Below are positions 1 to 9,492 of a stretch of 64,000 nucleotides of DNA, in pieces (the stretch's first letter is position 1; the number at the start of each line of letters is the position of its first letter). The notes under the pieces are model-generated. The model saw nothing but the letters and a program-made list of their open reading frames with translations. It had not been told where the DNA came from and made no database searches. The DNA comes from an uncultured delta proteobacterium (GTDB lineage: Bacteria > Myxococcota_A > UBA9160 > SMWR01). Made by a program: the position numbers and the translations under genes. The stretch covers positions 832,001-896,000 of the forward strand of contig CAWHTE010000011.1 in assembly GCA_963832165.1 (NCBI GenBank), read 5' to 3'.

Positions 1-255
1 TTGTCGTTTCCCCACCCGCTGAGCAACCACAACGGCAGCGACATCATGTTCGGCGGCGACGGCTTCCTCTACTACAGCATGGGCGACGGTGGCAGCGGCG
101 ACGATCCGGACAACAACGGCCAGAACATGGGAACGCTGCTCGGCAAGATCCTGCGCATCGACGTGAATAGTCCGCCGCCGGGCGGCAAGACCTATGCGAT
201 TCCCGGCACCAACCCGTTCGCGACCAACGCCCAGTGCAACACGGGGCCGCGCTAG
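1..255 (+). pseudogene. Fragment of a PQQ-dependent glucose/sorbosone dehydrogenase (GSDH) family gene; 5' part outside the window, apparently truncated at the 3' end
   Basis: Motifs NHNG..I.FG.DG.LY...GDGG..DP...GQN..TLLGKILRIDV and YAIP.TNPF. The stop comes before the GLRNPWR motif that normally follows. Confidence 0.65.
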
Positions 256-277
256 CCGCACCCGGAGGAGAAACCCC

Positions 278-1507
278 TTGGCCGAATACCGCACGATGAG
301 CGAGCAGGAGCTGCGCGAACGCACGCGCGCGCTGCTCGCGCAGATCCACCCCGAGAAGAGCGACAGCGTCACGTTCCGCCGTGCGCAATACGAGCACGGG
401 CTCGCCTGGGTGCACTTTCCGGAAGGCTACGGCGGCCTCGGGCTGGCGCCGAAGATGAACGTGATCGTGCACGACGAGATCACGCAGCACTCGAAGGTCG
501 TGCACGGCGATCCGCCCGCGAGCATCATCGGCATCGGCATGGGCGCGCCCGTGGTGCTCACCTACGCGACCGACGAGCAGAAGAAGCGCCTGCTGCCGAT
601 GATCTTCACGGGCGAGGAGATCTGGTGCCAGATGTTCTCCGAGCCGAGCGCGGGCTCCGACGTCGCGGGCCTCGCCACGCGCGCGGTGCGCGACGGCGAC
701 GACTGGGTCGTGAACGGGCAGAAGGTTTGGACGACGGTCGCGCACCTCTCGAAATGGGGAATGCTGCTCGCGCGCACCAATCCGGACGTGCCCAAGCACG
801 ACGGCATGTCGTACTTCATCCTCGACATGAAGGCGCCGGGCGTCGAGGTGCGGCCGCTCTACCAGATCACGGGAGAGGCCGAGTTCAACGAGGTGTTCTT
901 CACCAACGTGCGCATCCCGCACTCGATGATGCTCGGCAAGGAGGGGCAGGGATGGCGCGTCGCGATCACGACGCTCATGAACGAGCGCGTGGCGATCGGC
1001 GGCGGCGTCTCGAAGCGCAAGGGCGGCGGCGCGGGTCGACAGCTGATCGAGCTCTGGAACGGCCGCCAGCGCGATGCGCTCACGCCCAGCCAGGAGGCCG
1101 TGCTGCGCGATCGCGTGACGCGCAGCTACATCGACATCGAGCTGGGCCGCCTCACCGCGATGCGCGCGCGCGCCGCACAGAAGGCCGGCAATCCCGGGCC
1201 CGAAGGCTCGGTCTCGAAGCTCGCGATGGCCGAGATCAACAAACACCTCTGGGAGACGGCGATCGACATCCTGGGCGCACGCGGGCTCGCATTCGAGGCG
1301 GGCTACGAGCTGCGCCAGGCGTCCGGTGGGCGCGTCGAGAGCCTGGAGGATCAGGCGAAGTACTGGTTCCTGCGCTCGCGCGCGAACTCGATCGAGGGCG
1401 GCACCTCCGAGATCATGCGCAACATCCTCGGCGAGCGCGTTCTGGGCCTGCCGGGTGAGCCGCGTGCGGACAAGGACGTGGCTTGGAAGGACGTACCGCG
1501 ATCATGA
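278..1507 (+). CDS. Acyl-CoA dehydrogenase family protein
   Basis: WCQMFSEPSAGSD, NGQKVWT, EFNEVFF, NSIEGGTSEI motifs. TTG start at 278 follows GGAGGAG; ATG at 296 is an alternative. Confidence 0.92.
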   Translation: MAEYRTMSEQELRERTRALLAQIHPEKSDSVTFRRAQYEHGLAWVHFPEGYGGLGLAPKMNVIVHDEITQHSKVVHGDPPASIIGIGMGAPVVLTYATDEQKKRLLPMIFTGEEIWCQMFSEPSAGSDVAGLATRAVRDGDDWVVNGQKVWTTVAHLSKWGMLLARTNPDVPKHDGMSYFILDMKAPGVEVRPLYQITGEAEFNEVFFTNVRIPHSMMLGKEGQGWRVAITTLMNERVAIGGGVSKRKGGGAGRQLIELWNGRQRDALTPSQEAVLRDRVTRSYIDIELGRLTAMRARAAQKAGNPGPEGSVSKLAMAEINKHLWETAIDILGARGLAFEAGYELRQASGGRVESLEDQAKYWFLRSRANSIEGGTSEIMRNILGERVLGLPGEPRADKDVAWKDVPRS

Positions 1508-2622
1508 GCACCGATTTCTCGTTCACCGAAGAACACGACGAGCTGCGCGCGACGATTCGCGCATTCCTGGCCGAACACTCCGATGAGAGCGCGGTGCGAG
1601 CGCAGATGGCGGGTGAGCGCGGCTACGACCCCGAGGTGTGGACGCTGCTCGCCGAGCAGCTCGGACTCGCCGGTCTGATCATCCCCGAGGAGCACGGGGG
1701 CGCGGGCATGGGCTATGTCGAGCTGCTCGTTGCGATGGAGGAGATGGGGCGAGCGCTGCTGTGTGCGCCGTATCTCGGAACCTCCGTGCTCTCGACCAAC
1801 GCGTTGCTCACGTGCGCAGACGCCGCGACCCAGAAAGAGCTGCTCGCCGGGATCGCGGCGGGCCGGACGATCGTGTCGCTCGCGCACGCGGAGCCGAACG
1901 GGCGCTGGGACGTGGCGGGGATCGCGATGCGCGCTCGCGCGAAGGGCGACGGCTTCGAGCTCGACGGCACGAAGTCCTGGGTGCTCGACGGGCACGTCGC
2001 GGACACGCTGCTCGTGGCCGCGCGCACGGACGAGGGAATCGGACTGTTCCGTGTCGACGCGCGCGCCGAGGGTCTCACGCGCACGCTCGTCCCCTCGCTC
2101 GACACCACGCGCAAGCTCGCCACGATCGAGCTCGCGGCGACGCCCGCGCGACTCGTGTCGCGCGGTGATCAGACCGCGAACCTCGAGCGCGTGCTCGCGC
2201 TCGCGGTCGGGGCGCTCACGGCCGAGCAGGTGGGCGGCGCGCAGCGCTGCCTCGAGATGGCTACCGACTACGCCAAGACGCGGCTGCAGTTCGGGCGACC
2301 GATCGGCTCGTATCAGGCGATCAAGCACAAGTGCGCCGACATGCTCGTGGCGGTCGAGTTCGCGAAGTCGGCCGCCTACGCGGCGTGTTTCGCGGTCGCG
2401 GGCGGCGCAGACGACGTGCTCGAGTCCGTCGCGCTCGCGAAGGCCTACTGCTCGGAGGCCTACTTCCGGGTGGCCGCCGAGAACATCCAGATCCACGGCG
2501 GGATGGGATTCACCTGGGAGCACCCGGCCCATCTCTATTTCAAGCGCGCGAAGGCGAGCGACCTGTTGTTTGGCGACGCGGCCCATCACCGAGACCGGTT
2601 GGCGGAACACGTCGGGATCTGA
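1504..2622 (+). CDS. Acyl-CoA dehydrogenase family protein (partner subunit type)
   Basis: R.QFGRPIGSYQAIKH and QIHGGMGFTWEH motifs. ATGA overlap with the upstream gene. Confidence 0.92.
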   Translation: MSTDFSFTEEHDELRATIRAFLAEHSDESAVRAQMAGERGYDPEVWTLLAEQLGLAGLIIPEEHGGAGMGYVELLVAMEEMGRALLCAPYLGTSVLSTNALLTCADAATQKELLAGIAAGRTIVSLAHAEPNGRWDVAGIAMRARAKGDGFELDGTKSWVLDGHVADTLLVAARTDEGIGLFRVDARAEGLTRTLVPSLDTTRKLATIELAATPARLVSRGDQTANLERVLALAVGALTAEQVGGAQRCLEMATDYAKTRLQFGRPIGSYQAIKHKCADMLVAVEFAKSAAYAACFAVAGGADDVLESVALAKAYCSEAYFRVAAENIQIHGGMGFTWEHPAHLYFKRAKASDLLFGDAAHHRDRLAEHVGI

Positions 2623-2659
2623 GTCCGAGGGGGATGGAGGCGCGCGCGTTGCGGCCCGC

Positions 2660-3595
2660 CTAACCGGGAGCTGTGATCTTCGGCCGCTCGATCAGCTCGA
2701 GGCAGGTGCCGTCGGGGTCGCGGAAGAAGACGGCGAAGAGGCCCTCGATCGGGATCTCGGGACCCATTTCGAGCCAGCACGGCCCCGAGTGTGCGACGCC
2801 GAGCCGGTCGAGCTCGGCGCATGACGCGCGCGCGTCCTCGACCAGATACGCGAGCCGGAAATAGCCGAGCTGATTGGCTGGCTCCGCGGGCTTGCCGATC
2901 GGCGTGGGATCGAGCCACTCGAGCAGATCGATGATCAGATCGACGCGGCCGGGGATCGCGAGGAAGTCGGCGCGGAATTCGCAATCACCGGCGAAGCCGA
3001 GCGCGCGCCCGTCGACCGGGCCCGGCTGCGAGCGCGCCGTGAGCGGCGCGAGCCCGAGCACCTCCTGGTAGAAGCGTGTCGAGCGATCGAGGTCGCGGCA
3101 GTTCACGTTCACGTGCAGGAGCCGCACGGCACCGGGCTGCTCGATGAACTCGACGCACGCCCCGTCGGGATCGAACGAGCAGAAGAACTTCACCGCGAGT
3201 CCACTCGTGTGGTCGAGAGTCATGTGCGCAGGCGGCGATGCGGTGCGCACGCCCGCGCCGCTCATGCGCGCGTGCAGCGCATCGACATCGGGGTACGACA
3301 GGCACAGGCGATAGAGGCCGAGCTGGTGCGGCGCACTTGCGGGCTGGCCGGTCGGGCGCGGCTCGTGCCATTCGAGCAGGTCGACCGCGGGACCCGCGAC
3401 TCCGCGCTCGTCGTGCAATAGATGCGCGTCCCACTGCACGCGGCCGGAGAGCCCGAATCCGCGCCCATCCTGTGGCACGGGACGCGTGTGCGAGAGCGGC
3501 GTGAGACCGCACAGGTCCCGGTAGAACGCGAGCGAGCGCGTCAGGTCGGAACAGTTCGCGTTGACGTGGACGGTCGAGAGCAGCGGCAGGGCCAT
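2660..3595 (-). CDS. Two-domain VOC (glyoxalase/bleomycin resistance) family protein
   Basis: Duplicated HVN.NC.DL.RS..FY ... DPDG...E modules. Confidence 0.85.
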   Translation of the reverse strand: MALPLLSTVHVNANCSDLTRSLAFYRDLCGLTPLSHTRPVPQDGRGFGLSGRVQWDAHLLHDERGVAGPAVDLLEWHEPRPTGQPASAPHQLGLYRLCLSYPDVDALHARMSGAGVRTASPPAHMTLDHTSGLAVKFFCSFDPDGACVEFIEQPGAVRLLHVNVNCRDLDRSTRFYQEVLGLAPLTARSQPGPVDGRALGFAGDCEFRADFLAIPGRVDLIIDLLEWLDPTPIGKPAEPANQLGYFRLAYLVEDARASCAELDRLGVAHSGPCWLEMGPEIPIEGLFAVFFRDPDGTCLELIERPKITAPG

Positions 3596-3608
3596 TTGCG
3601 CAGGGGCC

Positions 3609-4061
3609 TCAATTCATCTCGAACAGCTCGATCACGCCGCCGCCGATCTCGGGTGGAGATTCGAGATAGGCGAACGCGAGCGTAGGTCCGAAGCGCTTCT
3701 GCATCACGGTGCGGTAGCCGGCCGCCTCGAGCTCGGCGAGCTTCGGGTCGAGGTCGCCGACACGGAAGCGCACGTGGTGAAGTCCCTCGCCGTGCTGCTT
3801 CAGGTGCTCGGAATGGGTCGTCTCGCCTGTCACCACCTCGATCAGCTCGATCTCGACAGGCCCCGAGTTGTTGATGGCGAGCCGCAGCGCACAATCGGCC
3901 GGACGGCCGCGGATCGTGCAGTCCTTCATCTCGTAGGTCGCGACCTGGAACGGACCGAACATCGCTTCATAGCGCGGTAACGCCCGTTCCAAATTTTCTA
4001 CGACGTAGGCGACCTGGTCGATCGGGCCGAGCCCGAGGTCCTTCGTACCGGGAGCGCTCAT
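3609..4061 (-). CDS. VOC family protein, methylmalonyl-CoA epimerase-like
   Basis: DQVAYVV, EIELIE, GEGLHHV, IELFE motifs; GGAG RBS upstream. Confidence 0.85.
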   Translation of the reverse strand: MSAPGTKDLGLGPIDQVAYVVENLERALPRYEAMFGPFQVATYEMKDCTIRGRPADCALRLAINNSGPVEIELIEVVTGETTHSEHLKQHGEGLHHVRFRVGDLDPKLAELEAAGYRTVMQKRFGPTLAFAYLESPPEIGGGVIELFEMN

Positions 4062-4406
4062 GCGTCATCTCCTTAGGTGTTCGAACCAACTCGTCATGGC
4101 GACGGTATACAATGGCGCAGAGTGAGGTCGTCGGGAAATTCCCCACCCAAGTTTCATTCGAAGCCTGACTAGTTCGCTCGCGGGCGGTCGTTCAGCGTGA
4201 TACTTAGACGGGAGAGACGAAGCGGCGCCACTCCCGCCGAGTCGAGCGAGAACGGGCTGATCGGCTGGCCAGTTCATCGAGCCCCGGTCGCCCGTCCCGC
4301 TCGGCTTTCCTGACTTTCTCTGGATCGGTGTCTCGCATCATCAGCCCCCTCGCGAGCCCCGCATCCGCAACCTACTTGCAGCCCACAGCTCACGTGAGGA
4401 GCAGAG

Positions 4407-6551
4407 ATGACAGTCGATCGGTCTACGCAGCGCTTCGCAGTTCTCGCCATCGGTTTCGCGGCGCTCGGATCCTGGATCGCCCCGGCACCCGCGCAGGCGC
4501 AGTGCCTCGGTACGACGACCGAGTGCAGCGCTGGCCGCTTCACGTCGCCGTTCGCGGAGCCCACTGTGTTAGGTGTTACCACCACCGAGAAGTGCGTGCT
4601 GGACACCGACGGCGAGAAGGCGTGCAAGCCGACCGCCGGTACGGTCTCGCTACTCGCCGACGACCGGATCCTGTACTGGAACGCGCTCGAAGGCACCGAG
4701 AACATGGAGCTCAGCATCGTCGCCGAGTTCGGCGTCGTTGCAGCCAACGACCAGACCCGCCTGCTCTCGCTCAACAACGGAGTGCCGAGCTGGTCGCGCC
4801 CCACGCCCGTAGATGCCGGCGCAAACCCGGACGGAAGCGATCCGGACGCGGTGCTGCCCGGGGTGATCCCGATCAACAACGCCGGCGCCGACGGCGCGCT
4901 GTTCTGTTCGGACGTGGTCTTCCTGAACGACGGGCGGGTGCTCGCGGCTGGCGGCACCGACTACTACCTCGAGCCGGGCCTCCCGGAATTTCCGTACGGC
5001 ATCTCGGAGCTCGAGGGTCTCAAGAATGCGCGCATCTTCGACCCGAAGGGCGACATCTGGACCCAGACCGGCGACATGAACTTCGGGCGCTGGTATCCGA
5101 CGATGGTGACCTTGCCCGACTCGGACGTGTTCGTCGCGAGCGGCGTCACCAAGCTGCTGAAGCCGGTCTATCCCGAGCGCGTCGCCGCCTCGGGCCGCAA
5201 CACGGTCGAGACCGAGACCTACGACACCGCGTGCGGCACCTGGAGCGTGAACGGGCCGCTCGCCGAGCGCACGCTGCCGCTGTTCCCGCGGCTGCATCTC
5301 CTGCCGAACGGCCATGTCTACTACAACGCAGGCGGCCAGGCGTTCAATCCGTTCGGTCAGAGCTATGACCAGGCGCTCTGGAACATCACGGCCACCTACG
5401 ATCCCGCCACGAAGACGTGGTCGGATCTCGTCTACGCCGGGTTGCCGCTGCAGCTGAATCAGATCGGCCTCCAGCAGCTCGTCGCCGCGCTCAATCCGAC
5501 CAACTCGCTCCAGGCGGCCACGCTGACGGCGCTGCTCGGCAGTGCCGTGGGCACGATCACGACCAATCCAGGCGCGCTGCTCTCGCAGGTCGGTGCGCTG
5601 CTCGGCCTCACGGTCGACCCGGCCGTACTCGAGAAGGTGATCGGGTCCGGCATGCGCGGCTCGACGTTCTCCGTGATGTTGCCGCAGAAGCCCGAGACGA
5701 ACGGCCAATATCGCAAGACCGAGTTCCTCACCGCGGGTGGTATTCCGACCGCCGTTGCCGCCACGAATCCGGGCACCTACTTCGCGACGACTTCGAGCCG
5801 GATCGACACCGTCTCGATCGCGACCGACGGCAAGATCTCGTCGGTCTCGCGGCTCACGGGACCGCTCGCGAGCGCGCGCTGGTACACCAGCGGCGTCCTG
5901 CTGCCGACCGGCGAGGTGTTCGCCGTGTCGGGCGCCGACCGCGACGAGGTCGCGCTGCCCGGGCTCGGGTTCGCGGTGAAGCGCGCGGAGATCTTCAATC
6001 CGCAGACCGAGACGTGGCGCGGGGTCGCGACGCAGATCAATCCGCGCACCTATCACAACACGGCCCTCCTGCTGCGGGACGGCCGCGTGCTGGTGGGTGG
6101 CCACGCTCCGATCACCACCGCCTACCTGTCCCACATCGATCTTTCGAGTCTCGGCTTCTCGCCCAACGACGGGCGCGATCCCTCGTTCGAGATCTACAGC
6201 CCGCCGTACATGTTCCGCCCGCGGCCGACGATCACGAGTGCGCCGGCCTCGGCGGCGCGTGGCGCGACGATCAAGATCAACACGCCCAACTCGATGAGCA
6301 TCGACACGGTGATGCTGATGAGCCGCACGGCCACCACGCACCTCGTGGACGGCGATCAGCACGCGGCGCAGCTCAAGATCGCGACGCGGAGAACCGGCTC
6401 GATCGACGTGGTGATCCCGGCCTCGGCCGGGGTGGCGCCGAGCGGCCCCTACATGCTCTTCGTGACCGTTCGCAACGCCGACGGCACTCGCGTTCCGTCC
6501 GTGGGCGCTGCGCTGAAGATCGAGGGCGGCCCCGGGACCTGCACGCCGTAG
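4407..6551 (+). CDS. Secreted galactose oxidase/glyoxal oxidase-like copper radical oxidase (kelch propeller plus C-terminal Ig-like domain)
   Basis: Signal peptide (APAQA). LFCS, RWYPT, RTYHNT and TTH motifs match the Cys-Tyr cofactor and Cu ligands. EIYSPPYMF and GPYMLFV in the C-terminal domain. Confidence 0.85.
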   Translation: MTVDRSTQRFAVLAIGFAALGSWIAPAPAQAQCLGTTTECSAGRFTSPFAEPTVLGVTTTEKCVLDTDGEKACKPTAGTVSLLADDRILYWNALEGTENMELSIVAEFGVVAANDQTRLLSLNNGVPSWSRPTPVDAGANPDGSDPDAVLPGVIPINNAGADGALFCSDVVFLNDGRVLAAGGTDYYLEPGLPEFPYGISELEGLKNARIFDPKGDIWTQTGDMNFGRWYPTMVTLPDSDVFVASGVTKLLKPVYPERVAASGRNTVETETYDTACGTWSVNGPLAERTLPLFPRLHLLPNGHVYYNAGGQAFNPFGQSYDQALWNITATYDPATKTWSDLVYAGLPLQLNQIGLQQLVAALNPTNSLQAATLTALLGSAVGTITTNPGALLSQVGALLGLTVDPAVLEKVIGSGMRGSTFSVMLPQKPETNGQYRKTEFLTAGGIPTAVAATNPGTYFATTSSRIDTVSIATDGKISSVSRLTGPLASARWYTSGVLLPTGEVFAVSGADRDEVALPGLGFAVKRAEIFNPQTETWRGVATQINPRTYHNTALLLRDGRVLVGGHAPITTAYLSHIDLSSLGFSPNDGRDPSFEIYSPPYMFRPRPTITSAPASAARGATIKINTPNSMSIDTVMLMSRTATTHLVDGDQHAAQLKIATRRTGSIDVVIPASAGVAPSGPYMLFVTVRNADGTRVPSVGAALKIEGGPGTCTP

Positions 6552-6569
6552 GCGGTCGACGACTCACGG

Positions 6570-6968
6570 ATGAGCCGAACGATGGCCGTGGTGGCGATGT
6601 CGGCGGCGGCATTGCTGGCCCTCTACGTGTGCTTCCGGCCGCCGCCGGCAGAAGCCCCCGCGCCGCCGCCCGGTGGTGTCTCGAACGCCGAAACGCCGCC
6701 GCGAGCCGAGTTCGCGCTGACCGTGATCGGCGACAAGCTCGTCTCGGGACCCGACGTCATCCGGGTCGCACAGGGAACACAGGTGACGATCCGGATCCGC
6801 TCCGATCGCGCCGACGAATTGCACCTGCACGGCTACGACCTGCACGTGCGATTCGGCGCCAACCAGCCGGCCGAGCTCGCGTTCACGGCCAACCGGAGCG
6901 GGCGATTCGAATACGAGCTGCACGGCTCGCACGCTGAGATCGGCGCGCTCGAGGTCCGGCCGGAGTAG
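6570..6968 (+). CDS. Small membrane-anchored cupredoxin-like protein
   Basis: N-terminal hydrophobic anchor; DELHLHGYD and G.FEYELH motifs. Confidence 0.65.
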   Translation: MSRTMAVVAMSAAALLALYVCFRPPPAEAPAPPPGGVSNAETPPRAEFALTVIGDKLVSGPDVIRVAQGTQVTIRIRSDRADELHLHGYDLHVRFGANQPAELAFTANRSGRFEYELHGSHAEIGALEVRPE

Positions 6969-7027
6969 CCGAGCGGCGATCGAACGCGCATCCTTCGATC
7001 CCGCTCTCGATCTGCGGAGGAGCCACC

Positions 7028-7576
7028 ATGAAGGCCGAGGAGTGCATCCTGTTCAGCGGCGCCGCCAACGGCGCGGAAGCCGCGTTCGGCGCCGCCGCAC
7101 AGCGCCATGGCGTCGCCGAGGTGAACTTCACGTTCGAGGGACACAACGACGCGCGCACGCGCGGCATCCGCGTGCTCACCGAGCCCGAGCTCAAGCAGGG
7201 CGATGTGAACCTCCACTACGTGAGCCGGCTGATGCATCGCGAATATCGCGACACGCGGCTGTTCCGGCGCGTGCTGCAGAGCATCTGGCACCAGGTGAAC
7301 AACGGCCTCGAGGTGTTCGTGGTCGGGCGCATTCTCGAGGACGACACGGTGAAGGGCGGCACGGGCTGGGGCGCCGAGTTCGCGAAGCTCTGCAACAAGC
7401 CGCTGTTCGTGTTCGATCAGCTGCGCGACCACTGGAGCCGCTGGACCGGCGACGAGTGGGAGCAGGCGCCCCCTCCCACGATCACGCAGCCGCGCTTCAC
7501 GGGCACTGGAACGCGCTTCCTCGAGCAGGGCGGCGCGCGCGCGATCGACGAGCTGTTCACCCGCTCGTTCCGCTAG
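7028..7576 (+). CDS. Conserved hypothetical protein, possibly SLOG/YpsA-like nucleotide-binding fold
   Basis: GGAGGAG RBS; SGAA.GAE, KGGTGW and KPLFVFDQ motifs; typical codon usage. Confidence 0.6.
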   Translation: MKAEECILFSGAANGAEAAFGAAAQRHGVAEVNFTFEGHNDARTRGIRVLTEPELKQGDVNLHYVSRLMHREYRDTRLFRRVLQSIWHQVNNGLEVFVVGRILEDDTVKGGTGWGAEFAKLCNKPLFVFDQLRDHWSRWTGDEWEQAPPPTITQPRFTGTGTRFLEQGGARAIDELFTRSFR

Positions 7577-8847
7577 CGCGGCTCGATCACGACGACGGCC
7601 GTGTACCCCCCTTCCACGACCTCGATCGGGACGCGCCGCTCACCCACGCCTTGTCCCTCGAGCTGGACCACCACTTCGTGAGCGCCGGCCGGGAGCAGCA
7701 TTCGCGCCACCCAGACGCGGCCCGGCAAGAAGGTCCACGAGCGGGTGTCGGGCTTATCGAGTCCGACCAGCAACGCCTCGGCACCTAGCCCGGCGACGAT
7801 GCCGACCACCTCGCCGGCGCCGCCCGCGCTGCGTCCCGCTGCCATCGCCCCCTCGCTCACGACGGCGCGCGCGATCATGCGCGAGAGCGCGGCGGCGATG
7901 ATGCGCGGTCGGATCTTGTCGTACTCGCGCGTGACCTCCGCTGCGACGTCGGTCACGAGCTCGAGCTCGACATTGCGATCCCCGATGCGTGCCCGCGCGC
8001 CGCGCACGAGGCTCGGCACCTCCTGCAGCTCCGGGTACACGACGACCTTGAAGACGCTGTGCTGGAGGACGCGCGGATCGCCGCTGATCAGGGTGCCGGC
8101 GATGCCGACGGCGGCCCCGATCGGAATCCGCTTGGGAACCTTGATCGGCGTGCGGCCCGCGCCGATCACGAGCAGCACCTCGCCGGATTTGGGCCGCTTC
8201 CCTCGACGGGCGACCGGCTCCTCGAGCGAATGCACCTTCGTCTCGGCCTGGACGTCCTTGTAGTAGCGGAGCGCGCGGTCCGCCTCGCCGAGATGCTCGA
8301 AGACGAAGCCCGCGAGATACGCCCCGACTCGGCCACGCGGATGATCGAAGCCGAGGTTCTCGAGATAGTCGCGCATCACCTGGTAGCGGCGCGCCTCTAC
8401 CGCCGCGCCCTGCAGGTCGGACATCGAGAGGTAGTTGAGCATGTTCAACACGTTCAGCGCGACGCGCTCGAGCGGCGGTGCCCGGTACTCCTCGGCGCTG
8501 TCGCTGTAGATGTACGTGCCGATCTTGCCGACCGTGTCCAGGGTGAGATCGATCAGCTCCAGCTCGGTCTCGGCCGCGGACAGATCGCGCGCGCTCTCGT
8601 GCCAGGCGCCTTGCGCCTGGAGCACGACCGCGCGCTCCAGCACGGCCAGGCTTCGCTCGGAGTTCCAGGTCTCCGGAAGATCGGCTCGCGACTCGACCCC
8701 GAGCATCTTGTTGATCTGCTCTTCCGCGCCCGGCCAATCATCTCGCGCGGCGGATTCGTGGGCAGAGATCAGCTTGTCGGAGTAGGTCGCGCAGCCGACC
8801 GCGACCACCGCCCAACAAGACAACGCCGCGCAGAGCAGGAACCGCAT
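7573..8847 (-). CDS. COG3014-like TPR-containing lipoprotein
   Basis: Lipobox-like VAVGC, A.VEARR and PDTRSW.FLP motifs; TGATG coupling to the upstream gene. Confidence 0.7.
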   Translation of the reverse strand: MRFLLCAALSCWAVVAVGCATYSDKLISAHESAARDDWPGAEEQINKMLGVESRADLPETWNSERSLAVLERAVVLQAQGAWHESARDLSAAETELELIDLTLDTVGKIGTYIYSDSAEEYRAPPLERVALNVLNMLNYLSMSDLQGAAVEARRYQVMRDYLENLGFDHPRGRVGAYLAGFVFEHLGEADRALRYYKDVQAETKVHSLEEPVARRGKRPKSGEVLLVIGAGRTPIKVPKRIPIGAAVGIAGTLISGDPRVLQHSVFKVVVYPELQEVPSLVRGARARIGDRNVELELVTDVAAEVTREYDKIRPRIIAAALSRMIARAVVSEGAMAAGRSAGGAGEVVGIVAGLGAEALLVGLDKPDTRSWTFLPGRVWVARMLLPAGAHEVVVQLEGQGVGERRVPIEVVEGGYTAVVVIEPR

Positions 8848-9476
8848 CAACGCTTCAGTTGCTTGCTGCGCGTCACCTCGTTCTGCCATCGCACGAGTCC
8901 CGTCTCGACTTCCAGTACCTGGAGGAAGAGGCTGTACTGGAGGCGGCGGATGTCGGAAAGCTTCTCGTCGACGCTCGTGATGCGTCCCGTGACGAAGTAG
9001 GCGGCGCCGAGCTGACGGCCGGCGCGCTGCGCCGTCCGCGCGTCGAACATCGAACCGCTCTGCCGGCGGATCTCGTCGGCGAGGTTCTCCTGCTCGTTGC
9101 GGGCCACGACGCGCACCTCGCCGCTGTTCACGAACGTCGTCTCGATCGACGAGAGGAGCGTCACCAGCTGATCTTCGATGTGCTGGCTGGTGCGGTTCTC
9201 GATCGGCCAGATCGCGACGATCGGCGGAGGTTTCGCAGGCACGACGTCGCCCATCCAGAATTTCGAGGCTTCCAGCGAGGCGAGGTTCTGTGCGACGAGA
9301 TAGTTGATGTCCTCGCGATCGAGGCCGACACCGAGCGCCGCCTCGTCCATGTCGGGACGCGCGGTGCCCGCGCCACCCCGGCTGGCTTGCGGTGCGCAGC
9401 CGGCCAGTGACGCGACGAGCGCAGTCACGGCGAACGCGACACTCGCGCGAGTCGATCGCGACGATCGCAGGATCAC
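8847..9476 (-). CDS. LpoB/CsgG-like lipoprotein (penicillin-binding protein activator family)
   Basis: Lipobox LAGC; IENRTSQHI, G.QLGA.Y..TG.I and ETG.V.W motifs; GTG start after AAGGGG. Confidence 0.75.
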   Translation of the reverse strand: MILRSSRSTRASVAFAVTALVASLAGCAPQASRGGAGTARPDMDEAALGVGLDREDINYLVAQNLASLEASKFWMGDVVPAKPPPIVAIWPIENRTSQHIEDQLVTLLSSIETTFVNSGEVRVVARNEQENLADEIRRQSGSMFDARTAQRAGRQLGAAYFVTGRITSVDEKLSDIRRLQYSLFLQVLEVETGLVRWQNEVTRSKQLKR

Positions 9477-9492
9477 GAGATTCCCCTTTGTT

